From Candidatus Micrarchaeota archaeon (GTDB lineage: Archaea; Micrarchaeota; Micrarchaeia; Micrarchaeales; CABMGC01), in contig JAGWGX010000002.1 of the NCBI GenBank assembly GCA_028867145.1, positions 4,633 through 68,632 on the forward strand: a stretch of 64,000 nt of DNA. The letters are read 5' to 3'. Positions 36,080 to 48,912 of this stretch are shown one piece after another. Position numbers and translations under genes: made by a program. The notes under the pieces were generated by a model. The model had not been told where the DNA came from. It saw only the letters and a program-made list of their open reading frames with translations, and did no database searches. The stretch's first letter is position 1, and every line of letters starts with the position of its first letter.

Positions 36080-36331
36080 TTGGCAAGCGAGAAAGACCAA
36101 TCTAAAATTTCTTATGAAAATCTGCTTGTCCCAAAGCACGAAATTCTAAGCGATGCAGAGGCAAGAAAGGTCCTTCACGAACTAAAAACCACCGCAGAAA
36201 AACTCCCACGACTTTTCACTGACGACCCGGCGCTTGCAGGCAAGGCAAAGGTCGGAGACGTAGTAAGGATACACAGAGAGGACTCCCACGGAAAGAAGTA
36301 CCTCTACTACAGGACCGTGATAGAAGGTTAA
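36080..36331 (+). CDS. rpoH: RNA polymerase subunit H (Rpo5)
   Basis: LVPKHEILSDAEARKVLHEL...KVGDVVRIHREDSHGKKYLYYRTV. TTG 36080 lies 5 nt after AGGTGA. The ORF-track ATG at 36041 is an alternative start. Confidence 0.88.
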   Translation: MASEKDQSKISYENLLVPKHEILSDAEARKVLHELKTTAEKLPRLFTDDPALAGKAKVGDVVRIHREDSHGKKYLYYRTVIEG

Positions 36332-36347
36332 TTTTTAAGGTGTTTAA

Positions 36348-37820
36348 ATGAGCAATGAACTAGTAGATTCTTACGTTAACTCGACCTCCCTGCTGCAGCA
36401 CCAGATCGAGAGCTTCAACAGGTTCCTGGACTTCGGGCTCCAAAAGATAGTCGACAAGCAGAGCTCAATCGAGCCTAACGTCGAAGGGTTCTCGCTCAAG
36501 CTTGGAAAGATAAGGCTCGACAAGCCGTCGATAATCGAGGCTGACAGCTCAAGGAGGAACGTTCTTCCAAACGAGGCAAGGCTAAGAAATCTGACTTACG
36601 CAGCCCCTATGTTCCTTGAGTTCGTTCCAGTAGTCAGGGGAATTGAAAAGCCAGCATCATACGGCGAGGTTTTCGTCGGAGAGTTGCCGGTCATGCTCAG
36701 GTCAAGCATCTGCCACATCAAGACAATGACAAGAAGCCAGCTTCAGGAAAACGGAGAGGATCCAGAAGACCCAGGAGGATATTTCATAATCAAGGGAACC
36801 GAGAGAGTCCTAATCGGACTTGAGGACCTTGCGCCAAACAGGATAATGACCACAAGGGAAAAGGGAGGAGCAGAGGTTGTCTCCAAGGTGTTCTCAACAG
36901 CCGCCGGATTTAGGGCAAGATGCGTCGTAACAAGGGACCAGCATGGAAACCTAAGCGTAAACTTCCCAACCGCTCCAAAGGCAATCAATTTCATACTAAT
37001 GCTAAGGGCACTTGGCCTTCAGCCAAAGGAGATGCTTGAGACTGCATCCGACATACAGGCGGTGAAGAATGACATCCTCCTCAACATCGAGGTAAATGAA
37101 GCAACAGACATCGGACCAACCGATGCAGCGCTTGAAATCGGAAAGCTCGCGGCGCCAGGCCAAGCGAAGGAGTACCAGCAAAAGAGGGCAGAGACCCAGA
37201 TTGACACTTATTTGCTTCCGCACCTTGGAACAGATCCTGCCGCAAGAAAGGAGAAGGCAAGATACCTGATCGAGATGGCAAAGAAGGCCTCACTCGTCTC
37301 AAACAAGTACGTAAAGCAAGACGACAAAGACCACTACGCAAACAAGAGGGTTAAGTTCGCAGGGGAGCTAATGGAGGAGCTCTTTGCATACGCCTTCAGG
37401 TTCTTTGTAAAGGACGTCAAGTACCAGATTGAGAGGACAAGCGCAAGGGGAAGAAAGATGACGATCCAGACAATAATCAGTCCAGACACGCTAACGGAAA
37501 AGATAAACTACGCGATGGGAACAGGAACATGGGTTGCAGGTCAGACGGGAGTCTCGCAGGTTCTTGACAGGACAAATCTAATTAGCACTTACACGCATTT
37601 GAGGAGAATAAAGTCGCCTCTCGCGAAGAAGCACCCACACTTCAGGGCAAGAGACGTGCACGGAACGCAGTGGGGAAAGATCTGCCCGTCCGAGACCCCA
37701 GAGGGTCAGGAAGTAGGGCTCACAAAGTACCTTGCGGTAATGGCAAAGGTGACAGTGGGCGCGGACGAGAAGAATGCTGAGGCAAAGCTAAAGGAGATGG
37801 GAAGCATCGAGACTATCTAG
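36348..37820 (+). CDS. rpoB2: RNA polymerase subunit B'' (N-terminal half of Rpo2)
   Basis: LLQHQIESFNRFL..., and the protein ends where B' begins. Split-B arrangement. Confidence 0.95.
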   Translation: MSNELVDSYVNSTSLLQHQIESFNRFLDFGLQKIVDKQSSIEPNVEGFSLKLGKIRLDKPSIIEADSSRRNVLPNEARLRNLTYAAPMFLEFVPVVRGIEKPASYGEVFVGELPVMLRSSICHIKTMTRSQLQENGEDPEDPGGYFIIKGTERVLIGLEDLAPNRIMTTREKGGAEVVSKVFSTAAGFRARCVVTRDQHGNLSVNFPTAPKAINFILMLRALGLQPKEMLETASDIQAVKNDILLNIEVNEATDIGPTDAALEIGKLAAPGQAKEYQQKRAETQIDTYLLPHLGTDPAARKEKARYLIEMAKKASLVSNKYVKQDDKDHYANKRVKFAGELMEELFAYAFRFFVKDVKYQIERTSARGRKMTIQTIISPDTLTEKINYAMGTGTWVAGQTGVSQVLDRTNLISTYTHLRRIKSPLAKKHPHFRARDVHGTQWGKICPSETPEGQEVGLTKYLAVMAKVTVGADEKNAEAKLKEMGSIETI

Positions 37821-37830
37821 GGGTTGTTTT

Positions 37831-39663
37831 ATGGCTAAAAAATCTATCAACGAAAAGTGCTACGTTTACATAAACGGAAGGATACTTGGATTCGTAAAGG
37901 ACGGACTTGCTTACTCAAAGGAGATTAGGACGGCAAGGAGGACGGGAGTCCTCTCCGGAGAGATAAACGTCTCGTACATGAAGAAGCTCAATGCAGTCCA
38001 CATCAACACAGACAATGGAAGAATAAGAAAGCCTTACGTTGTGGTAGAGGGCGGAAAGTCAAAGCTCACTGCAGACATTCTTGAAAAGCTAAGGAAGAAG
38101 GAGATAGAGTTTTCATACTTGCTAAGGCACGGAATCGTCGAGTACTTAGACGCGGAGGAAGAGGAGAACACGCTTGTCGTCTTCAAAGAGAGTGATATAA
38201 CGCCGGAGACAACCCACCTTGAGGTAGACATGACTTCCCTGTTTGGATTCACACTAAACACGTCACCGTTCCCGGAGCACAACAACGCGGCAAGACACGC
38301 AATGCTTTCAAACTTCATCAAGCAAAGCCAGGGACTTTATGCGACAAACTTCAACTTGAGGTTTGATTCAAGGTCATACCTTCTGTTCTACCCGCAAAAC
38401 CCGATTGTATCAACCTCGGTTTACAGGTCCGCGAAGATGGAGAAGCACCCAAGCGGGCAGAACTTCATCGTAGCTCTTAGTACTTACTACGGATACAACA
38501 TGGCAGACGCAGTAGTGATAAACAAGGGAGCAGTAGACAGAGGACTTGGAAGGAGCATGTTCTACAAGACTTACAGCGATGAGGAAAGAAGATACCCAGG
38601 AGGACAAAAGGACGTCTTCAAGGTTCCGCCACCAACGGCTGAAGGGTATCTGGGAGAGCATGCATACTCAAAGCTCAGCGAGGACGGAATAATCGAGCCA
38701 GAAACGATGGTTGACGAGGGAGATGTGCTAATTGGGAAGGTTGCGCCGCCAAGGTTCCTTGAGGAGAGCATCAGCGCATCAGGACTTGAGGAGAAGATAA
38801 GAGATGATTCAACAACCCTAAAAGCGGGGGAGAAAGGAGTAATTGACAGCGTCGTCTTCACAGAGTCAACAGGCGCAACAAAGGTCGTAAAGGTTAGGAT
38901 CAAGAGCCTCAAGATTCCAGAGAAGGGAGACAAGTTTGCATCAAGGCAGGGACAAAAGGGAGTTGCGGCGTACATTGTTCCGCCTGAAGACATGCCATTT
39001 AACGAGCAGGGAATAGTCCCAGATCTTTTGCTAAATCCACACTCGGTTCCAAACAGACTCACATTCGGGCACCTTCTCGAGGAGCTTGCAGGAAAGGCGG
39101 GCGCAGTCGCAGGAAAGATGGTTGACGGAACCGCATTTGCCGAAAAAGGTTCAGCTAGAATCCAGCAGTTCGGGGAGGAGCTTGAGAAGTATGGATTTGA
39201 CAAGTTCGGTGATGAGACACTCTACGATGGGCTAACCGGAAAGAGGTTCACCGCGAAGATATTCAACGGGATTGTCTACTACAACAGGCTATACCACATG
39301 GTCTCAAACAAGCTGCAGGTAAGAAGCAGGGGACCAGTCCAGATACTCACACACCAGCCAACAGAAGGAAAGGCAAGGCAGGGAGGACTTAGGTTCGGAG
39401 AGATGGAACGAGATGTACTCGTCGGATACGGAGCGAGCCTCTTGCTCAAGGAAAGGCTTCTTGACCAGTCGGACAAGGCCTCGGTGCTCATCTGCAAGGA
39501 CTGCGGAAACATCGGCTACTACGACTACATTAAGAGGACTGTGGTCTGCCCGATCTGCGGTGGAAGCTCAATGTCAGAAGTTGAAATCAGCTATGCGTTC
39601 AAGCTACTGCTTGATGAAATAAAGTCGATGCACATCTTCCCATCGATAAAGATGAAGGAGTGA
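37831..39663 (+). CDS. rpoB1: RNA polymerase subunit B' (C-terminal half of Rpo2)
   Basis: GDKFASRQGQKGV, LRFGEMERD, and C-terminal Zn ribbon CKDCGN...CPICG. Confidence 0.95.
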   Translation: MAKKSINEKCYVYINGRILGFVKDGLAYSKEIRTARRTGVLSGEINVSYMKKLNAVHINTDNGRIRKPYVVVEGGKSKLTADILEKLRKKEIEFSYLLRHGIVEYLDAEEEENTLVVFKESDITPETTHLEVDMTSLFGFTLNTSPFPEHNNAARHAMLSNFIKQSQGLYATNFNLRFDSRSYLLFYPQNPIVSTSVYRSAKMEKHPSGQNFIVALSTYYGYNMADAVVINKGAVDRGLGRSMFYKTYSDEERRYPGGQKDVFKVPPPTAEGYLGEHAYSKLSEDGIIEPETMVDEGDVLIGKVAPPRFLEESISASGLEEKIRDDSTTLKAGEKGVIDSVVFTESTGATKVVKVRIKSLKIPEKGDKFASRQGQKGVAAYIVPPEDMPFNEQGIVPDLLLNPHSVPNRLTFGHLLEELAGKAGAVAGKMVDGTAFAEKGSARIQQFGEELEKYGFDKFGDETLYDGLTGKRFTAKIFNGIVYYNRLYHMVSNKLQVRSRGPVQILTHQPTEGKARQGGLRFGEMERDVLVGYGASLLLKERLLDQSDKASVLICKDCGNIGYYDYIKRTVVCPICGGSSMSEVEISYAFKLLLDEIKSMHIFPSIKMKE

Positions 39664-39668
39664 TAATT

Positions 39669-43270
<3,602 letters not shown>

Positions 43271-43314
43271 TAAACTGGACGGGATAATACTTTTGTTTTT
43301 ATTTTGGTGAAAAA

Positions 43315-43536
43315 ATGCAAGAACGACCATTTGACCTTCTAAACAAGGCAATAGGACAGCAGGTGCTAATCAGGCTAAAGAACGGCACGGACATACGCGG
43401 AAAGATGACCGCCTTTGACATACACATGAACATAGTCCTCGACTCTGCCGAAGAGCACGAGGATGGAAACCTGAAGACGAAAATAGGCACAATCTTGCTC
43501 AGGGGAGGAAACATTCTCTGGGTTGCGCCGGCATAA
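43315..43536 (+). CDS. Sm-like archaeal protein (SmAP/LSm)
   Basis: Sm1 (VLIRLKNGTDIRGKMTAFDIHMNIVL) and Sm2 (ILLRGGNILWV) motifs. Confidence 0.9.
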   Translation: MQERPFDLLNKAIGQQVLIRLKNGTDIRGKMTAFDIHMNIVLDSAEEHEDGNLKTKIGTILLRGGNILWVAPA

Positions 43537-43599
43537 ACTCGGGTAGGATTTAAACGCTTAGTTAGTCAACCTTTTAAAGCACCAAAGCAAGAAGCTTAC

Positions 43600-44214
43600 G
43601 TGGCAAGAATAAGAGAAAGGAAAAATGAGGGAGAAAATCCTATTTACGTAAAAGCACATTTTGCTGATTCTAAAAACACAGGTGCTTTATACCAAGAGTG
43701 CGTTAGCTATCTTATTCAAAAATCATTACTTGATAGGAAGATTGATGGAAAAACCCTACCAGTAAGTGGACCAATGCAAAAGGAAGAGTATATTTGCTTA
43801 TCGAACTTTGCCCTTGAGAAAATCTCCAAAGTGCAAGATGAAGAACATGTAGACTTTTTTGTGGGCATGATTAAAACAGTACTAGAAATTAGCGGAGGAA
43901 TGGAAGAAAAAACGTTTCATGGATGCTGTCGGATATTAGATGTAGTTTATAGCAAAGAACTTAGCTTTATAGCTGAGATATGCCAAATGACGGCAAGGAA
44001 GCAGAACAAAATGGAGGGAGGTAAATTTTCGGAGATAATTTATAAATGGGTTCCAGAGCTTAGAGAAATTGAAAAGAAATATTCTGGAAGAGAGGCAAAC
44101 GAGGTTAAAATGAAAGAGGCAATTAATAAACTCTTGATAAAAACAGATGTAAGACATTTATATGCAATAAGAATCGACATTGATAATAATTCTTTAAGCC
44201 AAGCGAAGAGGTAA
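43600..44214 (+). CDS. hypothetical protein (AT-rich gene)
   Basis: 204-aa ORF with GTG start. One hand-counted line (43681-43740) is 21/60 G+C. No motif recognised. Confidence 0.4.
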   Translation: MARIRERKNEGENPIYVKAHFADSKNTGALYQECVSYLIQKSLLDRKIDGKTLPVSGPMQKEEYICLSNFALEKISKVQDEEHVDFFVGMIKTVLEISGGMEEKTFHGCCRILDVVYSKELSFIAEICQMTARKQNKMEGGKFSEIIYKWVPELREIEKKYSGREANEVKMKEAINKLLIKTDVRHLYAIRIDIDNNSLSQAKR

Positions 44215-44266
44215 TGCTCGTTTTAAGTTAGAACTAAATAAGTAAGGTTAGCTTATTTTCCTTCGT

Positions 44267-44338
44267 GGGCTCCTGGCGCAACGGTAGCGCGCCTGCATGG
44301 CATGCAGGAGGTTGCGGGTTCGAATCCCGCGGAGTCCA
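44267..44338 (+). tRNA. tRNA-Ala, anticodon GGC
   Basis: Hand fold: GGGCTCC-TG-GCGC-AACGGTA-GCGC-G-CCTGC-AT GGC AT-GCAGG-AGGTT-GCGGG-TTCGAAT-CCCGC-GGAGTCC-A. The G3:U70 alanine identity pair is present. Confidence 0.9.
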
Positions 44339-44406
44339 TTTTTCAAGTAAAGATTAGATTTACTTAGGGCTATTTTTAGCTGTAGCCGTTTATAAGCTTA
44401 CAAATT

Positions 44407-44673
44407 TTAGGTTATATGGAGATACTGATACTTGTTTACTCTTAAAATATTTGAGCCATAGGGGTAGCCATTTAAGTTTGAAAAATAGGCAAGATAGTTT
44501 TGGTCCTGGGCTGAAGTTAATTCTATTGTGAGATACTGCGCATTAATTTCTGAAGAGGAAAGGAGATAGCTTTGCCCAATAAGTTGTAGATCTTTAAGTT
44601 GCGAGTAAAAGTGAGCCAACATTAATGTTGAGAGGATAAGAGTTGATAATAGAAATATTCCAAAAGATGTCAT
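44407..44673 (-). CDS. small membrane-anchored protein, last gene of pilus-like operon
   Basis: N-terminal hydrophobic helix FGIFLLSTLILSTLMLA. Abuts the upstream gene with 0-nt spacing. No clear class III motif. Confidence 0.45.
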   Translation of the reverse strand: MTSFGIFLLSTLILSTLMLAHFYSQLKDLQLIGQSYLLSSSEINAQYLTIELTSAQDQNYLAYFSNLNGYPYGSNILRVNKYQYLHIT

Positions 44674-45057
44674 CTATGCACCTATTGAGATACAAAGTAG
44701 TTTGGAAGAATTTGCGCTCCTCAAAATTAGGCAGTTTAGTATTTTGGCAGGGGCAGAACTTCCAAGTGAGAGGTTATCGGTCCTTAGGCGAATTGATTTG
44801 AGTCGAAAGGCCTTTTCGTAAACTGAAATAACCTTTAGTATGCAGGCCTCATCATTTTGAAAGACGCAGGCACTTAGGCTCGAATTTTCTTGGAGCTGGC
44901 TTGCTAGATCATAGATAGCCAAATTCTCTCTGAGCGATACGGAGGCATCGCTAGAGTTAATTATCGCGCTATTCATTTGCATAGCAAATAAAAAAACCAA
45001 AAATAGGATTATCTGAAGGGAAAGCAGGACCTCGAGGAAGGTGAATTGCAATTTCAT
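44674..45057 (-). CDS. pilin-like protein (class III signal peptide-like N-terminus)
   Basis: MKLQFTFLEVLLSLQIILFLVFLF: short basic leader, then FTFLE resembling the bacterial FTLIE prepilin motif, then a hydrophobic helix. Confidence 0.55.
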   Translation of the reverse strand: MKLQFTFLEVLLSLQIILFLVFLFAMQMNSAIINSSDASVSLRENLAIYDLASQLQENSSLSACVFQNDEACILKVISVYEKAFRLKSIRLRTDNLSLGSSAPAKILNCLILRSANSSKLLCISIGA

Positions 45058-45064
45058 GAAATCA

Positions 45065-46336
45065 CTAACTTAAGACCTTAATTGTTGAGCCTTGATAGGT
45101 AAAATTTTGGGTTATTGAGTGGGGCCCTGTAATGTTGACGATTATGCTGTAATAAAAGGGAGAAGGGGAGTCGCAAACGTATTTTGAGGCAGACAGCTTG
45201 CAAGGAGGAGAGTTTGCTGGCGCATTTAGCAGGTTGCCAGATACCTTAACGTAGCTAGATATGGAGGATTCAAGGGAAGATTGTATATCAGGCGAGACCT
45301 CGGATTTATTGTAAAAGCTTAGCGAACCGAAAAGATTATTTCTAGCCTGGAGATAGCTTTGGTAAAGAGATAGATCCAGTTGTGTTGATGAGCCATTCAC
45401 TGTGAGAAGATTAAGGTTAGGCGGGGAGCTTGCGGAGCTCGCGTTTGTAACCTTAACTGTGCCGACCTGCTTCCCATTTTGATACAGCGGGGAACTCTTA
45501 TTTAAAACCACTTTAGAATTTAAGATTTTTCCGGACAAAGAGAGGGATAAATTAAATGAATAGCTAAGGAGAGGGTTACTTGGATTCAAAGAGCTGAGAG
45601 TGGAGTTCATTGGGCTGGGGATTACGCAGTAGGTGATTGTGTAGTAATGCCCTTGGGTGTAGCAATAATTGGAGAACACAGAATATTCCCAGGCATTTGA
45701 TGTGCCGCACTCCCCGCCTATTCCTACAACTCCAAAGGGCCCCGAATATGTGCAGTGGTTGAAAGTATTTAGATTCAATATGGGGCCATTTGAGGTAAGA
45801 TTGTAGGAGAGCAGCTCGACGCGATTAGTAATCAAGACATATGGGGTGCTAATACTTGGTGCTGGAAGGGGCCTTGAAGAAAAGGTAGACAGTGTGGAGA
45901 GGTTTGAGATCTTCCTGCTTCCGCAAAGGTAGGTGTAATTTGTAAGAATTTGGGTATATCCGGTGCTTGTGGGCGTGAAGTAAATGGAGCCAAAACTTGT
46001 TCCGTTCAAGGCAAAGCTGGTGCGGTTCCTAGAAAAAAGCGTGCCAGGAGAGCTGAAACTCAAAGTTATGCTGCCGTTTTGGCAACCCAGTGAGGCAACT
46101 TGGAGCAGATTGCTTGAATTTACCGTGGAGTTTGATGGAACGTATAGCAGTACGCGGGGAAGAACAGTACTGTTGATTTCAATATTGGTCAAATTGGAGT
46201 AGCTTTGGGGAGAAACCAGGTTCATGAGACTGCTCTTTGAGGGGATAATTGAGTGATAGTAGGAAACCATGCCCAAGGCGAGAGCGCTAACAATGCAGAG
46301 CACCAAAAGGAACTCGAGGCTAGATTGGGCTTGCAT
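45065..46336 (-). CDS. large pilin-like protein / candidate pilus-associated adhesin
   Basis: MQAQSSLEFLLVLCIVSALALGMV (QxSxE class III motif) followed by about 390 aa that is Ser/Asn/Thr-rich with many NxS/T sequons. Confidence 0.65.
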   Translation of the reverse strand: MQAQSSLEFLLVLCIVSALALGMVSYYHSIIPSKSSLMNLVSPQSYSNLTNIEINSTVLPRVLLYVPSNSTVNSSNLLQVASLGCQNGSITLSFSSPGTLFSRNRTSFALNGTSFGSIYFTPTSTGYTQILTNYTYLCGSRKISNLSTLSTFSSRPLPAPSISTPYVLITNRVELLSYNLTSNGPILNLNTFNHCTYSGPFGVVGIGGECGTSNAWEYSVFSNYCYTQGHYYTITYCVIPSPMNSTLSSLNPSNPLLSYSFNLSLSLSGKILNSKVVLNKSSPLYQNGKQVGTVKVTNASSASSPPNLNLLTVNGSSTQLDLSLYQSYLQARNNLFGSLSFYNKSEVSPDIQSSLESSISSYVKVSGNLLNAPANSPPCKLSASKYVCDSPSPFYYSIIVNITGPHSITQNFTYQGSTIKVLS

Positions 46337-46700
46337 TTCTTATCACCAGGAGCAAGGAGTCTCCTCTTACCTCAATAATCCTGCAGGCCTGGGGAGGGAT
46401 GCAGGAAAAAAGTAGGAGGCTTGAGAGGTTTTGGATAGAATAATTAAGGTGGTAGAGAGCTGAGTAGTTTTGGGCGAGCAGGACTGAGTTTGCGCGGCTC
46501 AAATTAAAATTCTTAAGCACTGTTATGAGCTCTTGAGAAGTTGCGTACTGTTTTAGTTCAAGCGCCTGCGCGCCGCTAAGAGAGCTTAGCCCATTTAGGC
46601 TATGTTGGTATGAAAAAATTAGGAAGATAACGCCGGCAGAGATTAGCGGCAAGGAGATCATCATCTCAAGGGAGCCTAAAACAGCTTTGAGCCTTAGCAT
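46320..46700 (-). CDS. pilin-like protein
   Basis: Internal ATG of ORF 46320..47021 gives MLRLKAVLGSLEMMISLPLISAGVIFLIF (basic leader, GSLE, hydrophobic helix). The longer ORF would overlap two upstream pilin genes. Confidence 0.55.
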   Translation of the reverse strand: MLRLKAVLGSLEMMISLPLISAGVIFLIFSYQHSLNGLSSLSGAQALELKQYATSQELITVLKNFNLSRANSVLLAQNYSALYHLNYSIQNLSSLLLFSCIPPQACRIIEVRGDSLLLVIRNASPI

Positions 46701-46915
46701 TTGTAAACACCTTGGGCTGTTTTCAGGCAGGAGGGGCAGAGCTTTGATAGCGAAAGTATGTAGTTGCTTGAGTTGCATGCATCTAGATACGAAAGCCTCT
46801 CCTGGGCGGGGGACGACTGGTGGGAGATGGATGTAAAAGTGAGCACCCCGAGCAGAAATAGGAGGGAGAGGGACAGCGAGATCATTTGCTCTAGACCGAT
46901 TTGACCATTCATCAA
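46694..46915 (-). CDS. small pilin-like protein
   Basis: MMNGQIGLEQMISLSLSLLFLLGVL (Q-x-G-x-E plus hydrophobic helix). ATGA overlap with the upstream gene. Confidence 0.55.
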   Translation of the reverse strand: MMNGQIGLEQMISLSLSLLFLLGVLTFTSISHQSSPAQERLSYLDACNSSNYILSLSKLCPSCLKTAQGVYKC

Positions 46916-47295
46916 ACAACCTTTTCCAAAAAAGTCTGGTTTGTGCCAAGACGCAGCAAAAGTGACCCGTCAGGGCTGCTTGGGCAAAACGTGCCGTTTG
47001 AGGCGCTGATCTTGCCGACAAGCGGAAAATTGCCGTAGGGGGAAATCAGACTACTCCCTATAACGGCCGCGCCGCAAAGGCCCTTTGGAACCAGCTCGGT
47101 TGTGTTTCCCGTGATTCCAAGCATCGCATGCAAATTTATATTGTTGACCAGCTCCAGCACCTCATACTTTGAGGTGAAGCCTAAAAAGTGACCAGAAAAT
47201 GTGCCAAGCAGCGAGAGGCTCGACAGAAGAGAGAGCCCGGCTAGGGAGAGGTAGACCATGAATTCCAGTGATAGCTGGGCCCTGCTCATCTTCAC
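46912..47295 (-). CDS. pilin-like protein
   Basis: MKMSRAQLSLEFMVYLSLAGLSLL (QxSxE class III motif). ATGA overlap with the upstream gene. Confidence 0.65.
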   Translation of the reverse strand: MKMSRAQLSLEFMVYLSLAGLSLLSSLSLLGTFSGHFLGFTSKYEVLELVNNINLHAMLGITGNTTELVPKGLCGAAVIGSSLISPYGNFPLVGKISASNGTFCPSSPDGSLLLRLGTNQTFLEKVV

Positions 47296-47546
47296 ACGCT
47301 GTTTGCTGCAAGAATGGAGAGCTGCCTGGAGATTGCATCGGAGATGCTGGTGCTTGTGCCGTTAACCAGCACATTTGCAACCGCCGCTCCCTTGAGCTTC
47401 ACCACCATCGCAAGGGCAACCGCTATCACAAGGCTTGCCGCGGCGAGCATCATTATGTACTCTAGCGAGCCCTGCCCCTTCATGGACTTTGCCAAGATGA
47501 GCAAAGCCTGAGCCTCTGTCCCAAAATTTATTCGTATTCCGCTCAT
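47292..47546 (-). CDS. small type IV pilin-like protein (candidate major pilin, Flp/Epd-like size)
   Basis: ...KSMKGQGSLEYIMMLAAASLVIAVALAMVV (KG-QxSxE). ATG 47546 is preceded by GGTGAAAA. Internal ATG 47483 would give a classical short leader. Confidence 0.7.
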   Translation of the reverse strand: MSGIRINFGTEAQALLILAKSMKGQGSLEYIMMLAAASLVIAVALAMVVKLKGAAVANVLVNGTSTSISDAISRQLSILAANSV

Positions 47547-47558
47547 TTTTTCACCAAT

Positions 47559-48227
47559 TCATATCGCATTTAAGGCGAAGTAGTAAGACCCGTACTGCAA
47601 GATAGCCGCAAAAAGCGCAAAGGGGAGAGCTTTGAAGAGCGCGCTGCGCACTCCCTTCCAGGGCTCGATGAAAGAGTTTGTTATCACCAAAATTATGGAG
47701 ACATATGCGATGCACAGCGTCCTTATCGCAGCTGAAACGTAGCTCTTCGCGCTTTGGGAGGCGATCGAATATGAGGCAATGCTTGCGGCTATGCCGCTAA
47801 AGAGCGGGAAAAAGAAGATCAGGCCCAAAAGAGTGATTACCTGCATCCCGTTTACCTTTGACTTTACCTTGTTGCGAAGCTCGATTCTTTTCATCAGGGT
47901 TGAATGGAAACTTTCAAGATTTCTCTCGATATTGGCGCCGCTTTGGAGGCCAAGTGTCAGGATGCCAAGAAGTATGCTAGAGCTCTCCGGATTCTTGTTA
48001 ATTAAACTGCCAAATTCATGGATAAGTCCCAACTTGGCAGAATTTATGAACTTTAGGAAGCTCTTGTATTTTTTGCCGGGAACAAGAGATTTCTCAACGG
48101 ATCTTAGAAGTGCCCTGTTACCGCGATAGTTATGGAGGACTTCTTTTGCAAGCGAGGCAATCTCGTTTTCACTAAGTTTTTCCGCAGGAAGATGAATTTC
48201 TCTTAAAATTTTAGATAGTCTCTGCAA
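47559..48227 (-). CDS. pilus platform membrane protein, T2SF/TadC-like half-size
   Basis: Cytoplasmic helical domain followed by TM helices at the C-terminus. Paired with a similar upstream gene and downstream of the ATPase. Assignment by architecture and context. Confidence 0.6.
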   Translation of the reverse strand: MQRLSKILREIHLPAEKLSENEIASLAKEVLHNYRGNRALLRSVEKSLVPGKKYKSFLKFINSAKLGLIHEFGSLINKNPESSSILLGILTLGLQSGANIERNLESFHSTLMKRIELRNKVKSKVNGMQVITLLGLIFFFPLFSGIAASIASYSIASQSAKSYVSAAIRTLCIAYVSIILVITNSFIEPWKGVRSALFKALPFALFAAILQYGSYYFALNAI

Positions 48228-48912
48228 TCAATCTCCTCGCAAATGAAAGGCTGTTTATCGCATAAACAAGAGGTACCGCAAAAAGCAAGACAAGCGAAAA
48301 TATGATTAGGTTAGGAGCGGCCTGGGAAAGTATTGAGGAGCCAATAAAGAGGAAAAGGATGAACGAAGGCAGAAGCGTGGAGAGAAACATGCTTATGGTG
48401 GAGGATCTTTGAAGCGCGTCCAAAGAGGTTGAGCTATTTTCCTTTTGAAGTTGGTCGTACTCAAAAACCGCCCTTGAGAGTTGCGAAATTGGCCCAGATT
48501 TTGCGGGAAGAAGCTTTATCGTAAGATAGTTGAGCTCGTTTGCAAAAGCAGAGGCAAGTGCAGCGGAAAACTCCTCGCCAAGGCGTATCCTATTAGCGAC
48601 CTTCCTGAATCCGACCCTGATATTTTCTGAAAGCGAGGTCTGCCCAACTACCTTCAGGTTCCCAAGCAGAGAAGAGCCGAGGGTATTGAAATATAGGATG
48701 TGGTTTAGGCTAGCAAGAAGGTCGTGGGAACTTTTCCGAGTAAAGTAAAATTCCTCAAGCCTTGTTTTTGAGAGGAAGAGGAGGGCAACAAATAGGAGTG
48801 ATACTAAATAAATCAGGAGGCTAGTAAGAATGGAGATGCCAGGATTAACCTGATGGAATAGTGCAAAAAGTAGAACTGCGAAGAGGGCGATTGTGGGTAT
48901 TTCTCTCATCAT
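48211..48912 (-). CDS. pilus platform membrane protein, T2SF/TadB-like half-size
   Basis: N-terminal TM pair, a soluble helical domain (GEEFSAALASAFANE) and C-terminal TMs. ATGA overlap with the ATPase gene. Confidence 0.6.
   Translation of the reverse strand: MMREIPTIALFAVLLFALFHQVNPGISILTSLLIYLVSLLFVALLFLSKTRLEEFYFTRKSSHDLLASLNHILYFNTLGSSLLGNLKVVGQTSLSENIRVGFRKVANRIRLGEEFSAALASAFANELNYLTIKLLPAKSGPISQLSRAVFEYDQLQKENSSTSLDALQRSSTISMFLSTLLPSFILFLFIGSSILSQAAPNLIIFSLVLLFAVPLVYAINSLSFARRLIAETI

Noticed and set aside
38571-39203. 210-aa minus-strand ORF inside rpoB1; similar antisense ORFs at 2931-3407, 22057-22581, 23620-24222, 30695-31135, 42868-43320, 52576-53025
   Set aside because: All lie antisense or out of frame within genes that have unmistakable conserved motifs. 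Their compositions are Ser/Leu/Pro/Phe-rich and stop-free by chance.
44339-44406. Search for integrase genes or a direct repeat of the tRNA-Ala 3' half that would define an integrated element
   Set aside because: By eye I found no tyrosine-recombinase motifs in neighbouring ORFs and no second copy of GGTTCGAATCCCGC-like sequence in 43540-50564. Mobile-element status is therefore unsupported.
46701-47021. N-terminal 107 codons of the 233-aa ORF 46320..47021
   Set aside because: This part overlaps two upstream pilin-like genes in another frame and translates to Arg/Pro/Ala-rich sequence. The internal ATG at 46700 yields a protein with the same leader, SLE and hydrophobic-helix design as its neighbours.
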